The position numbers and the translations under genes are program-made. Below, piece by piece: positions 1 through 9,565 of a stretch of 64,000 bases of DNA; within the stretch, counting starts at the first letter, position 1, and the number at the start of each line of letters is the position of its first letter. Below the pieces are notes generated by a model, which saw nothing but the letters and a program-made list of their open reading frames with translations, did no database searches and was not told where the DNA came from. The DNA comes from Candidatus Heimdallarchaeota archaeon (lineage in GTDB: Archaea; Asgardarchaeota; Heimdallarchaeia; Hodarchaeales; Hodarchaeaceae), in the NCBI GenBank assembly GCA_019057635.1, contig DXJL01000056.1, positions 14,774 through 78,773 on the forward strand, given 5' to 3'.

Positions 1-84
1 GAAGTCGAACGATCCACTTCCGTGTAGAACCGGCTCCACTTCCTCCACCTTTAAGCCATTGACCAAATTTATCAAAAACCATGT

Positions 85-765
85 TTATGACCTCAAACCT
101 TCTTCAATCTGTTTCCGCATCTCATCTAATTTCTTTTTGTCTGCTTCACGTTTTTTTCCAGTGGTGTTTTCTGATATTGGAGAACTAGGTGTTGCAGGAA
201 CACTTGTTTCACTTGCTGGAAGAGAACTCGATGATAATTCCGCTTCTAATTCCGCCATTTGCATAGATATTCGATCATCTGCTTCAACATCCATTCCGAT
301 TTCAGTTATCGAGGTATCTGTAAGAGAGTCCTCCATATCTGAAACCATTTCTATGGAATCCTCTAAGGACATCATTACTTCTTCTGTCCTTTCAGGTGAA
401 GCTGCTTCAACATTGCTATCAATTGCAATTTGTGCCTGCGCTAGTGTCTCTGTTAAAGTAACGTTATCTGCAGAAATATCAAGCGTTTCAATGATACGTT
501 GTAAGTTTGCTATCTTGCTATGAGTGTTCGTTGTCTGGGTCAAATATAGCTCACGTCGCTTCAGAGCTTGTTGAGCTCCAGGTTTGTTCCCAGATTTTAA
601 CAGTTTACGTGCTAACTCATATTGCTCATCAGATTGCCTTGAATAGTTTTTTACCTTTATTTCCATTTGATTTATAGTTCTTTTTAACTTCGCTTTTGTT
701 TCAGTTGATGAAGATGGTTTCGATCCCGTTAAAAACCCTTTAAGTCGTTTCACTTGTATTTTCAA
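85..765 (-). CDS. ESCRT-III subunit, Snf7 family (Vps20/32/60-like)
   Basis: 226 aa with a basic N-terminal helix, heptad-rich helical core and acidic C-terminal tail. Segment 'QQALKRRELYLTQTTNTHSKIANLQRIIETLD...TETLAQAQIAIDSN' matches the Snf7/CHMP core pattern. Confidence 0.75.
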   Translation of the reverse strand: MKIQVKRLKGFLTGSKPSSSTETKAKLKRTINQMEIKVKNYSRQSDEQYELARKLLKSGNKPGAQQALKRRELYLTQTTNTHSKIANLQRIIETLDISADNVTLTETLAQAQIAIDSNVEAASPERTEEVMMSLEDSIEMVSDMEDSLTDTSITEIGMDVEADDRISMQMAELEAELSSSSLPASETSVPATPSSPISENTTGKKREADKKKLDEMRKQIEEGLRS

Positions 766-964
766 CTCTCATCTAGCTTATCTGAAATGAGTATCTTCTT
801 TCAGTTAAATATCTTAAGCTAGGTAAACAAGGAGTTCTTCTTAAGACTTACTATTGTGCTCCTCTAAATGTTACCAGAAGAGTATTCAGAGAGAATAGGA
901 GAATATTTCATACCTTTTTATGCATAAAATTATTTCTAAATGACTGTATTGTAATGTAAGAGAA

Positions 965-1684
965 CTATCCTACGCCTGGAAATGATATTAATACACCATC
1001 TAAGGTATTAGATTTGATTGCTACTTTTTTATCTATCAACACTTCTATAGATCGTTCTACTCGTTCTATTGTCCAAGTTGATTTTTGAACTAATTCAGTC
1101 ATTGAAAGCTGGCCATTAGCCTGTGCTGCCAACTCAAGTATACGTTGATGATCTTGTGTCAGTTCTGGGTCAGTAAACTCGATAATTTTCATTCCTACGA
1201 GTGTTCGTATCTGATGAATTAATCCATTCGAAGTTAAAAGTTTCAAAGCGTTATTGACGTCTGAAATAGAAACCACAATTCCTTTACTTTCATCATTAAG
1301 CTTCAAGATTAATTCTGATACGCTTAAGATACCCCCTGTATGATTCCGTATCTGTTTACCAATCTCTATAATTCTTAGTCCTAAATAGTTAATATATTCA
1401 TCATTTCCCTGCAATCGTGATTTGAATGAAGGTCTATTACCTACATCATATATTCCAATTGCAAGAGGAAGTCCTAATTCCTCCCTTAGTTCCATAACCT
1501 TTTGGGCAAGGTCAGGATTCTTCTTAATATCAGAGTTGTACTGAGATTCAAGCTTCTGAAGTTCCTTGTGTAAATTTCTTATTTTTTTACTCATCTCTTT
1601 GAGAGACAAGAGGGCCAATTGACTACCCTTTACCTTCATTGCCGCTTCCTGAGTTATTTTCTCTTCTATACGTCTAAGGCCCAT
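965..1684 (-). CDS. ESCRT-II subunit, EAP30/Vps22/Vps36-like (tandem winged-helix)
   Basis: 239 aa with an N-terminal coiled coil followed by two winged-helix-like repeats. Neighbours are Snf7, Vps28-like and UEV genes. Confidence 0.6.
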   Translation of the reverse strand: MGLRRIEEKITQEAAMKVKGSQLALLSLKEMSKKIRNLHKELQKLESQYNSDIKKNPDLAQKVMELREELGLPLAIGIYDVGNRPSFKSRLQGNDEYINYLGLRIIEIGKQIRNHTGGILSVSELILKLNDESKGIVVSISDVNNALKLLTSNGLIHQIRTLVGMKIIEFTDPELTQDHQRILELAAQANGQLSMTELVQKSTWTIERVERSIEVLIDKKVAIKSNTLDGVLISFPGVG

Positions 1685-2024
1685 TTTATTTTTCCTCGAG
1701 ATTCAATTAAGTCAAGTTCAGTTAGATTTCATAGTTCTTCATTTATAATTTTTTACAATACGATACAATAAATCAGAGTAGATAATTTGTTTAATCTTTT
1801 CGTCAAGAAACAGTTCTCTATGGAGAGTAGGAAGATGAAAAACGGGATATATGAGGAGGTTATCGCTTTTTATGAAAGAATTGATTTTTAGGTTCTTAGT
1901 AAATAATAGATTCAAAATAGAGCTAGATCTTTTCCTCCTCTACTTGTTCCTTTCTTGTCATCTTACTGTAGTGTTATATTTACTTAAAAATCTACATTCA
2001 TTCTATGATAGATAGGGAACGTCT

Positions 2025-3371
2025 TTGGGTCTTAGTTCGTCTTCTTCTGAGTCGACGGGTTACTGTTCCTTTTGTGGTTCAGCACTCGTTTCTTCGGAGG
2101 TACACAAGTGTTTAGATTGTGGTGCTACTTTTTGTCAACAATGTGCAACACGATCTCTTATGACTGGTTCCCGACTCAAGTGTTCCTGTGGATCACCAAA
2201 TATTGACGCTTTTGACCACATTAAAAATGGAAAAGCGGACTTATTAGAAGAAATTTTCGTCCTTAAACGATCTCTCAAGCACGTAGGATATCGTCCTGTT
2301 ATTCTCTTAAAACGAACTGGCCAATTGGAGTCAAGATTACGTTCCTTTCGCAAACAATTTCTCATCCCTGGCAATTTGATTGACAAAATCTTTCTAGAGA
2401 CAAAGAAAATTGAAAATTTTACTTTGAATGAATTTCAGGAATATGCTTCAAAGCTCCAAAGAATCTACCATAATGTAGTACGTCACCCAATATCGGAGAA
2501 TTCTTTTCGTAACTCATCTTTGCAAATCTCTCTATTTCAAAAACATATAGCGAGCTTTGATCAGACGGTTGTATCGAAGCTTGAAACCATCTCCGCGCTT
2601 ATAGAACAAGTAGAGAAAAAATGTGATTTATTTGATGAAACACGAAAACACTTAGCCCGATGTCTCGATATTTTTGTTTTAATCCCAGGTGAATTGGGTA
2701 TTGGCTATTTTTCAAATTTAGATCTACATAATGATAGCTTTAGGAAGACTACTATTGATTTAATTATTACAACGGATAGGATTGTATTACTTCAGAAAAA
2801 GAGAACTAATGTTTTAAGCCATAAAACTATCATTTGCGATGAATTCTCTCCCAAAGCGCTACTGGATGTACAAAAAAAGAATTCTGGATTTTTAAAGCGG
2901 GATAAGCTTTTAATAACTGCTATTAAACGAGATTTTGTCATACAGTCTGATGCTCAAAATCTTATTCGGATATTCAATTCACTAAAGTTGAGTTATCTGG
3001 GTCGTCCAAGTGACTTGTATATCAATGAACCATTCCGTGATTGGTCTTCGGAAATTTATCAGGAAAAAATCCTTTCAGCATTAAATTTTCAGAACCATAA
3101 AAGTACCCCATCTTCCTCCAATAAGCATCCAAGTAAGAATCCAGAGAATATCCCAGATTTTATTAATGGTTTTTTAGAGGAAAGACTACGAGACTTGCGA
3201 ATTCATGAACTTGCATCAAAACGAGCTTTACAGGAACTAAAAGAAGGCCGTAAAAAAGTAGCGGGTCGTGAATATTTCGAACTCTTGAAACAATTTGAAT
3301 TTGAATTAGCGAAAATTGCTGAAGAAAGGACAGAGCTGCTTATAAGAACTGGTAAAACTAATCTTTTATGA
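2025..3371 (+). CDS. Zinc-finger (cross-brace/B-box-like) protein of unknown function within the ESCRT cluster
   Basis: TTG start. N-terminal 'CSFCGSALVSSEVHKCLDCGATFCQQC...KCSCGS' gives an 8-ligand Cys/His cross-brace arrangement, followed by ~400 aa that are mainly helical. It lies between the EAP30-like and Vps28-like genes. Confidence 0.45.
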   Translation: MGLSSSSSESTGYCSFCGSALVSSEVHKCLDCGATFCQQCATRSLMTGSRLKCSCGSPNIDAFDHIKNGKADLLEEIFVLKRSLKHVGYRPVILLKRTGQLESRLRSFRKQFLIPGNLIDKIFLETKKIENFTLNEFQEYASKLQRIYHNVVRHPISENSFRNSSLQISLFQKHIASFDQTVVSKLETISALIEQVEKKCDLFDETRKHLARCLDIFVLIPGELGIGYFSNLDLHNDSFRKTTIDLIITTDRIVLLQKKRTNVLSHKTIICDEFSPKALLDVQKKNSGFLKRDKLLITAIKRDFVIQSDAQNLIRIFNSLKLSYLGRPSDLYINEPFRDWSSEIYQEKILSALNFQNHKSTPSSSNKHPSKNPENIPDFINGFLEERLRDLRIHELASKRALQELKEGRKKVAGREYFELLKQFEFELAKIAEERTELLIRTGKTNLL

Positions 3372-3380
3372 GAACGATTC

Positions 3381-4001
3381 TTATAGATTTTTTAGTTCCC
3401 TTCTAAAGTCAGAAAGCCAGCGAGAACCTTGTAATTCTAATTTCTTAATCTCCTTGTTTTTCAATAATTGTCCTGGTTTTTGTTTATCCATCCAGTTAAT
3501 CCACTGATTTATGTCCTGTGTTACCCAATGATCATTTCCATACATTGGTGCTCTAACTACAATATCGTGAATTTCATCAAGATAGGGTAACACTCGATCA
3601 ACAGTTGCGATTGATTCTAAGTGTAGAAGATCTAGTAATTCAATCGCATTGGCTACAAACTCCGCAGCAATTGTTGGAAGTTTCTTTATGCTTGAATAAT
3701 CAATTCGACTATAAGCATTATCATCGGCTCCTTCAGTCATTTTGAGTTTTGAAAGACCCGAAGGGAAAAGTTGGCTAATTCCTTCTTCTTCAATAAATCG
3801 ATCAACATCAAAATTATACTGTTCTAACTCTGAACGTGTCTTTATAATACTAGTTAGAAGGGTTCTATGCTGTTTATGATATGTACTCGAATCGATCTCT
3901 CCACGATCATAAGTACGTGAAATTAAATCGAGGGTCCCAATATTCGCAAATAATCGGGCTTCTAGATCCCATCTGTGTGATAAGTTTTGAGGAAATGACA
4001 T
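3381..4001 (-). CDS. ESCRT-I subunit Vps28-like
   Basis: 206 aa. The N-terminal 'LFANIGTLDLISRTYDRGEIDSSTYHKQHRTLLTSI' resembles the Vps28 N-domain signature 'LYSIIKTLDHLEKAYVRD..EYT..C.RLL', and a C-terminal helical bundle follows. Confidence 0.6.
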   Translation of the reverse strand: MSFPQNLSHRWDLEARLFANIGTLDLISRTYDRGEIDSSTYHKQHRTLLTSIIKTRSELEQYNFDVDRFIEEEGISQLFPSGLSKLKMTEGADDNAYSRIDYSSIKKLPTIAAEFVANAIELLDLLHLESIATVDRVLPYLDEIHDIVVRAPMYGNDHWVTQDINQWINWMDKQKPGQLLKNKEIKKLELQGSRWLSDFRRELKNL

Positions 4002-4010
4002 TGTTTTTAC

Positions 4011-4754
4011 CTAGCTCAAGTATTCTAACTGTTTCCGAAGTAAATAAAGCTCTTTGGTATATTTCTTGTATAAACGTGAATATTCAAAGATTGAGATCTC
4101 ACCAGCAGCATATCTATCTTCTAATGATGATAGGAGATCAGAAATGGCAATTCTTTCAGATTCTAGCACTTGTTGATCGGTAACTTCCATTCTCAGAGTC
4201 TTTGATGACTCCTCGGAGCTCATCATGGACCTAGCTCTTAATCTGGCCAATTCTTCATCCTTTGCAGTTAATTGGGCATTTTTAGCGGTTAATTCTGTAC
4301 GTAATGCTTTTGTTTCTGCAGCTGATCTAGAATCTCTGTTTTCAATTGCTGGTTCAGTTATTCTCACCATAGTATCGCGTACTGACTTAGCTGTTTCTCC
4401 GCGCGGGGTTGGTGGTACACGAGACATAAGATTTTTTAAAGCAATAATCACCTGGTAGAGATGAAATTCCGCTCGCCAATTATCCAGAATCCGTAACTGA
4501 ATAAATCCATCTTTATCAATATTTGGATGATCCATCCACCCAATTGCAGTTACAACTGGAGGTACATTGGGAAAGTACTCTGGGAGGAAAATCTCAAATG
4601 TGAACATATTCCTTCCCCTGTTTGTTGTATAAGTTAATGTTCCTTGCCAACGAACAAGAGATTCTCCTACTGGATTGAATCCTGATGCAGCATTATTTGA
4701 ATATGTTAATTGTGCCTCTCTTGCTAATATAAAGTCTCTATCCATTAATTTCAC
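4011..4754 (-). CDS. ESCRT-I Vps23/TSG101-like protein (UEV domain, coiled coil, C-terminal steadiness-box-like region)
   Basis: UBC-fold signature 'HPNIDKDGFIQLRILDNW' with the catalytic Cys replaced, which makes it a ubiquitin E2 variant. A long coiled-coil stalk and conserved C-terminal helix follow. Confidence 0.7.
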   Translation of the reverse strand: MKLMDRDFILAREAQLTYSNNAASGFNPVGESLVRWQGTLTYTTNRGRNMFTFEIFLPEYFPNVPPVVTAIGWMDHPNIDKDGFIQLRILDNWRAEFHLYQVIIALKNLMSRVPPTPRGETAKSVRDTMVRITEPAIENRDSRSAAETKALRTELTAKNAQLTAKDEELARLRARSMMSSEESSKTLRMEVTDQQVLESERIAISDLLSSLEDRYAAGEISIFEYSRLYKKYTKELYLLRKQLEYLS

Positions 4755-4946
4755 CTAAAACTATGGAAATAGGGAGGAAGATTACTTCTCTTCAAGAATA
4801 CTCCGCTATCATTTTATCTCTTAGTCAGGTTAACATTACTTGCTATGCTTAAAAAATCCTCACAATTAGGAAGAGAAAAAACCCGTAGTACACTGTGATT
4901 CGCCTATAATACTAAAAATTCTCTTAAAGCTCTTAACCACAGTTCA

Positions 4947-6161
4947 TCATTTCTTTGCTGATTCAAAAAAGTCCATTACTGCCTCTCCCAATAACTCAAA
5001 TGCTAAATTGATATTTAAACCTGTTTTCGCACTTGTTGGGAGATAATGAATGTTAAAACCCCTATATTGCTTAGCCACATGAGAAAGTGTACTAGCAAAT
5101 TTTCTAGCTTTTGCATCAGAAACACCCATTACCCCTTCATCACGTAAATCCGCTTTATTTCCTAATATAATAATGGGAACTGGTCCCCTACCATTAAGTT
5201 TCCAAAATTCATTCATCCACCCAACAGTGTTTTGAAAACTCTCGACACGAGTGGTATCAAAAACCACAATAGCTCCCATAGCGGACATATAATAAGCTTT
5301 TCGGACTCCTTCAAACCGAGGCTGACCAGCAAGATCCCAAATTAAGTATTTGACTTGCCTTCCACCAGAATATAAAACGGGTGACTCTTTGCTCGCTAAA
5401 TCAGCTCCTATGGTCATCTGATAATCATTCCTGAACCCTTCTCCCAGATATTGTCTTCTAATCGATGTTTTTCCGACTGCACCGTCTCCGATTAGAATTA
5501 TTTTAAGTGTATGGCGTTCTTTAACAAAAGAAGCTTGAAAACCATCTATTGTTTTTAGTACTTCTTGTTCAAAGTCAGTACTTACCCGTAATCGCTCATC
5601 GGAGTACCGTTTCATGATCGTAACAATCTGTACTGCGAGCTGTCCTATTCTATCTCTAGTGATTTGTTTTGTTGTGACAATTGAAATTATGTATTTCTCC
5701 TCGATCACAAAGAAATGAATTATTTGAGATTCCAAGGACAATTCTTCAATGAGTTCCCCAAGTTTATGTCGAACGTAATTCTTCATCACATTTAAAATAA
5801 AACTCAAAGAAGTTTGGCAGCTAGCCTTATTTGAAAGACAAATCTCAAATAAAGGACGTCCAGAGTCCTTGAAACACGTTACCATCACTATTTCTTCAGT
5901 CTTTTGAGAGTGAAATAACCCAAATTCTTCGAATTTCTTCTGTTCTTCCTCCTCTGTTGGACGGGAATGGGAGTAGGCATCTTCTAGAATGTGAAGAAAA
6001 TCACCACCATCAGTTAACGCATTTTCTAAATCCACTTGTGCCTTTAAATAGAATTCTTCCATTTCCATGGCGGTAATATCTGATTCTATTTGTTTCTCAA
6101 GAATGGAAGTATAATCTGGGCTATCTTGGGGAGAAGACTTCCTATCATCTTCATCTGGCAT
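4947..6161 (-). CDS. Ras-superfamily small GTPase (Rab-like) with a ~190 aa N-terminal extension
   Basis: C-terminal G-domain motifs are present: G1 'GDGAVGKTS', switch-I Thr, G3 'WDLAGQ', G4 'GNKADL' and G5 'TSAKTG'. The N-terminal region could be a roadblock/longin-like fold. Confidence 0.8.
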   Translation of the reverse strand: MPDEDDRKSSPQDSPDYTSILEKQIESDITAMEMEEFYLKAQVDLENALTDGGDFLHILEDAYSHSRPTEEEEQKKFEEFGLFHSQKTEEIVMVTCFKDSGRPLFEICLSNKASCQTSLSFILNVMKNYVRHKLGELIEELSLESQIIHFFVIEEKYIISIVTTKQITRDRIGQLAVQIVTIMKRYSDERLRVSTDFEQEVLKTIDGFQASFVKERHTLKIILIGDGAVGKTSIRRQYLGEGFRNDYQMTIGADLASKESPVLYSGGRQVKYLIWDLAGQPRFEGVRKAYYMSAMGAIVVFDTTRVESFQNTVGWMNEFWKLNGRGPVPIIILGNKADLRDEGVMGVSDAKARKFASTLSHVAKQYRGFNIHYLPTSAKTGLNINLAFELLGEAVMDFFESAKK

Positions 6162-6361
6162 AGTTTATCTCCATTTCAATTTGGGGTCTGATATATTAGA
6201 GTCCCTGTTCCTTAAATATTGCACTATATTTCAGGAACGAAAAAAATGAAATCCAATTCGTAGACCAAACAGATTTCTTTTATATTGAATAAGTTTTTTT
6301 GGTTGCTTCCTATTGAGGTGAAAAGGAATTAATTTTAACTGGATAAAAATTAATTCAGAAC

Positions 6362-7366
6362 TTATTCAAATTTAGAAAACAACCAAGGGATTATATACGC
6401 GATACAAAAAGCTATTACGAAATACGACAAAAAGTTGGTTACTTGAGTAATCCATACGAGTTCAGACTGGAAAATCATCGCAAAATCTTCAATTCCCTTC
6501 GCTGCAAAATATAAAACCACAACTGAGACAAATCCAAATATTACGCGAAAGAAAACGCTTCCTCTGCTCAAATTCTTAGTTGTAAACTTCACATGTTTTA
6601 ATTCTAATACTTGGCCAACAACAATACCTGCGAACAGACCAGGGTATGTTCCCAGATCAGTTTCAACCCATACCCCTGGATCAGATAATGATATTGATTC
6701 ATTAAAAGGAAAAATCGTTCCAAGTACGAAAGCTATGAAACCTAGAATGATCAAGAGGCCACTAAATAATATACCGAACATAATTTTCTTGGTGTCAGTC
6801 CATACCTCAATCCTGGATCCTAGATAAGGCTCAATCTTGATATATGCCCATGATAGAATAACACCAAATAATACACCAACGACAATGTCGCTTGGCCAAT
6901 GGACTCCTAAATACGATCTACTTAGAGGAATGGAAATTAAGAGCACAATACCTACAACGAATAAGGGTACATGTTTTACTTTCTTAATGATATAACCCCA
7001 GATAGTTCCTTGGACTTGAGAATGTCCTGATGGGAAAGAAAAACCTTCTGCACCCCAAATTGTCTCTTGATTGAGTACATTTGTAGTAACCTGAAACTTT
7101 TCTGCATTATATACGTAGGGGCGAGGATTATGAAAAAAGATCTTTGCTACAGAGTTTAAGTGAGCTGAGAACACGAGTAAATAAATTAATCTAGGTATTA
7201 ACTCTTTATTCAATGTATAATAAAGTAGTACTAAGATTATCAAAATAGGTAACGTGTTTCCAAGAGTTGTCAAAACTCCAAAGTAAATATCAAAGAACAT
7301 ATTTGATATACCTTGAATTAACTGTAATATACTCTCGCCTAAAGGGCCAAATAACAGATCGGACAT
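6362..7366 (-). CDS. PAP2-family membrane phosphatase (phosphatidic acid phosphatase type 2)
   Basis: Multi-TM protein carrying the three PAP2 motifs: 'KIFFHNPRP' (KxxxxxxRP), 'PSGH' and 'SRSYLGVHWPSD' (SRxxxxxHxxxD). Confidence 0.75.
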   Translation of the reverse strand: MSDLLFGPLGESILQLIQGISNMFFDIYFGVLTTLGNTLPILIILVLLYYTLNKELIPRLIYLLVFSAHLNSVAKIFFHNPRPYVYNAEKFQVTTNVLNQETIWGAEGFSFPSGHSQVQGTIWGYIIKKVKHVPLFVVGIVLLISIPLSRSYLGVHWPSDIVVGVLFGVILSWAYIKIEPYLGSRIEVWTDTKKIMFGILFSGLLIILGFIAFVLGTIFPFNESISLSDPGVWVETDLGTYPGLFAGIVVGQVLELKHVKFTTKNLSRGSVFFRVIFGFVSVVVLYFAAKGIEDFAMIFQSELVWITQVTNFLSYFVIAFCIAYIIPWLFSKFE

Positions 7367-7550
7367 GATTTCGGACCAGTTTGGATGAAGTATAAAAGAT
7401 TACATTTAAACTTTCTTCCAAATTAATATAAGAATAAGGCGAGTTCTTCTTCATAACATTCTTAGAAATGAAAATAATTATCAATAAGTGAATTTGATAA
7501 ATCATTATTCCATAATCAGAGAAGTACCCGTCTTTTCGAAGTGATCTCTC

Positions 7551-8300
7551 GTGAGTGAATCTGAATCAATCGTATGTCCAAATTGTAGTGAAAGAAGTCC
7601 AGCTGGATATATTTTGTGCCCCTACTGTGGATTTGATCTAACAAAGATACTGCGTCAAAAACAAAGAATAGGTCTAACTTTCAAAGAACGATTTTCACGT
7701 ATATGGAGAAGTCTTTCAGATCCTCGTGATAGTAAAATTCTGTTTAATGAAATTGGTGTTAATCCAGATCGACTAGGAGTTATTATCTTATTGTACCTAT
7801 TATCGGTCTCATATGCAACCCGGATTGGAGCTTTTGTAATTAAAGCAAGTAACACGACTTGGCATGATTTTCATTTCATTTACTTCCTCATTCTTCCTTG
7901 GCTCGCAGGAATAGCTTTTCTTATATTGGCATTGTTTGGCTGGATTATTACTACACTTGTCATTTGGCTAATAGCTAAAACACTTGGTGGAAAAGCCAGC
8001 TTGCGAGATACATATAGTATTGTAGGTTATTCATTAGGGCCACTTATCACTGCTTCTTTAGTTGTTTCCATTTTTATCATCTTGTTGGGTAGTCCCCTCA
8101 ATACTGTTGACAATACCACTTGGATGAATTATGCTATTTTTGAAATCATATACCTACCGTTTCTAGCAGTATGTGCTTATCATTGTGGTAATGGTCTCCA
8201 ATCTGGACATCTGCTAAATCCTACCTACTCCTACATAATTTCAGGCGCAATAGCGGGAGGTTTTGCTTTATTTTACCTTATTATTCCCATTATTCTTTGA
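7551..8300 (+). CDS. Zinc-ribbon–Yip1-domain membrane protein
   Basis: N-terminal 'CPNCSERSPAGYILCPYCGFDL' zinc ribbon followed by a 5-TM Yip1/DUF1282-like hydrophobic core. Confidence 0.5.
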   Translation: MSESESIVCPNCSERSPAGYILCPYCGFDLTKILRQKQRIGLTFKERFSRIWRSLSDPRDSKILFNEIGVNPDRLGVIILLYLLSVSYATRIGAFVIKASNTTWHDFHFIYFLILPWLAGIAFLILALFGWIITTLVIWLIAKTLGGKASLRDTYSIVGYSLGPLITASLVVSIFIILLGSPLNTVDNTTWMNYAIFEIIYLPFLAVCAYHCGNGLQSGHLLNPTYSYIISGAIAGGFALFYLIIPIIL

Positions 8301-8319
8301 GCAAAACAAGTATAAGATA

Positions 8320-9360
8320 TTAAGAATCAAAAGTTACTTGGAACTTCAACGGTTTAGACAAAGAGGGATCTATTACACGAACAATATCTGCAGATTTTAG
8401 TACCGTCGATAATTTTTCCTTGGAGGAGTCAATTTTTACTGTTCCATGGATCATGACCATTTCCTTTCCAAGATTGAAAGAATAACGTAACTGAGTAACA
8501 AAATCATTGATTTGTTGGTCTAATGCTGATCTTACAGGAATTGCATTCAGTTGATATTCACTAGAGCATACAAAGCAGTTTTTACGCCTTGAAAGTTCGA
8601 TAGCAGTAAATACTCCAACTGAACCATCCCAAAATAAGTAATCTTTGAGTGGTGATAATTTTAAGAGGATTTTCAACGCTTCTTGAGCCATTAATCCTCC
8701 TATCACAAACGATACGCTTGAGACTGATGGAATATTCTCTTCTGCAGGTTCTTCTTGACGAACTTCTTTTCTTCCCTCCCCAAAAGGAGTACAAGCTTTC
8801 TGTAATTCTTCTTCTGGGATTAATGATTGACACTCCAAGCATGCATTCTCATGAGGGATTATTACCTGTATGTTTCCTAAGAATCCAAACATTCCTCCTG
8901 AAACTAATGGAATGTTATGTTCAACAATATATGAATTGACCCATCTTCGATCAATGAATGTATCCAACCCTTCTACAATAACAGATACTGATTCCAAGTC
9001 AGATTGTGGAACATCCTGTATCTTCATGTTAAGTGCTGTAATTTTTAACTCGGAATTAATTTTCAATAACTCTCGAGTGGCTACTTCTACTTTAGATTTA
9101 CCAATATCATCCATTCGGAATAGTAATTGCCGATTTAAATTACTTATTTCGATCGTGTCAAAATCAACTAATATAAACTCTCCTACTCCCGCCATTGCTA
9201 GTGAAACAGCTGCTACTAATCCTAATGCACCCATCCCTACTATTATAACCTTACCTTCACGAATTTTATCCTGATTCCAATTTTCTATCAAAACTTGCCT
9301 GTCATAGCGAATAGTTTGGGAATCGTGAGTAAATATATCCATTTTTCCTACCCGAATCAA
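8320..9360 (-). CDS. E1-like ubiquitin-activating enzyme (ThiF/MoeB/UBA family) with C-terminal extension
   Basis: 'YDRQ' motif, Rossmann 'VGMGALG' nucleotide-binding loop and a Cys in 'NACLEC'. It has ~100 extra C-terminal residues relative to MoeB. Confidence 0.8.
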   Translation of the reverse strand: MIRVGKMDIFTHDSQTIRYDRQVLIENWNQDKIREGKVIIVGMGALGLVAAVSLAMAGVGEFILVDFDTIEISNLNRQLLFRMDDIGKSKVEVATRELLKINSELKITALNMKIQDVPQSDLESVSVIVEGLDTFIDRRWVNSYIVEHNIPLVSGGMFGFLGNIQVIIPHENACLECQSLIPEEELQKACTPFGEGRKEVRQEEPAEENIPSVSSVSFVIGGLMAQEALKILLKLSPLKDYLFWDGSVGVFTAIELSRRKNCFVCSSEYQLNAIPVRSALDQQINDFVTQLRYSFNLGKEMVMIHGTVKIDSSKEKLSTVLKSADIVRVIDPSLSKPLKFQVTFDS

Positions 9361-9565
9361 ATATAGTAAGATTTTATGTTCATTTGCTTTGTGTTTTTAA
9401 CATATCAATAGAGATTTTAAATTTCCTTGGAAACAATGACAAAAGAAATCCAAAAGGATATAGAAAACAGTTCCTAAGAACCGATCTTTCTTAAGATAAA
9501 TGTCCCTTAGAAAACAAAATTATCATACAAATGTCCACAAAAGGGGAGGATAAAAAAAATGATGA

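Noticed and set aside
59-523. 154-aa + strand ORF
   Set aside because: Lies entirely antisense to the Snf7-family gene (85..765, −) and is Ser-rich low-complexity, so it is a shadow ORF.
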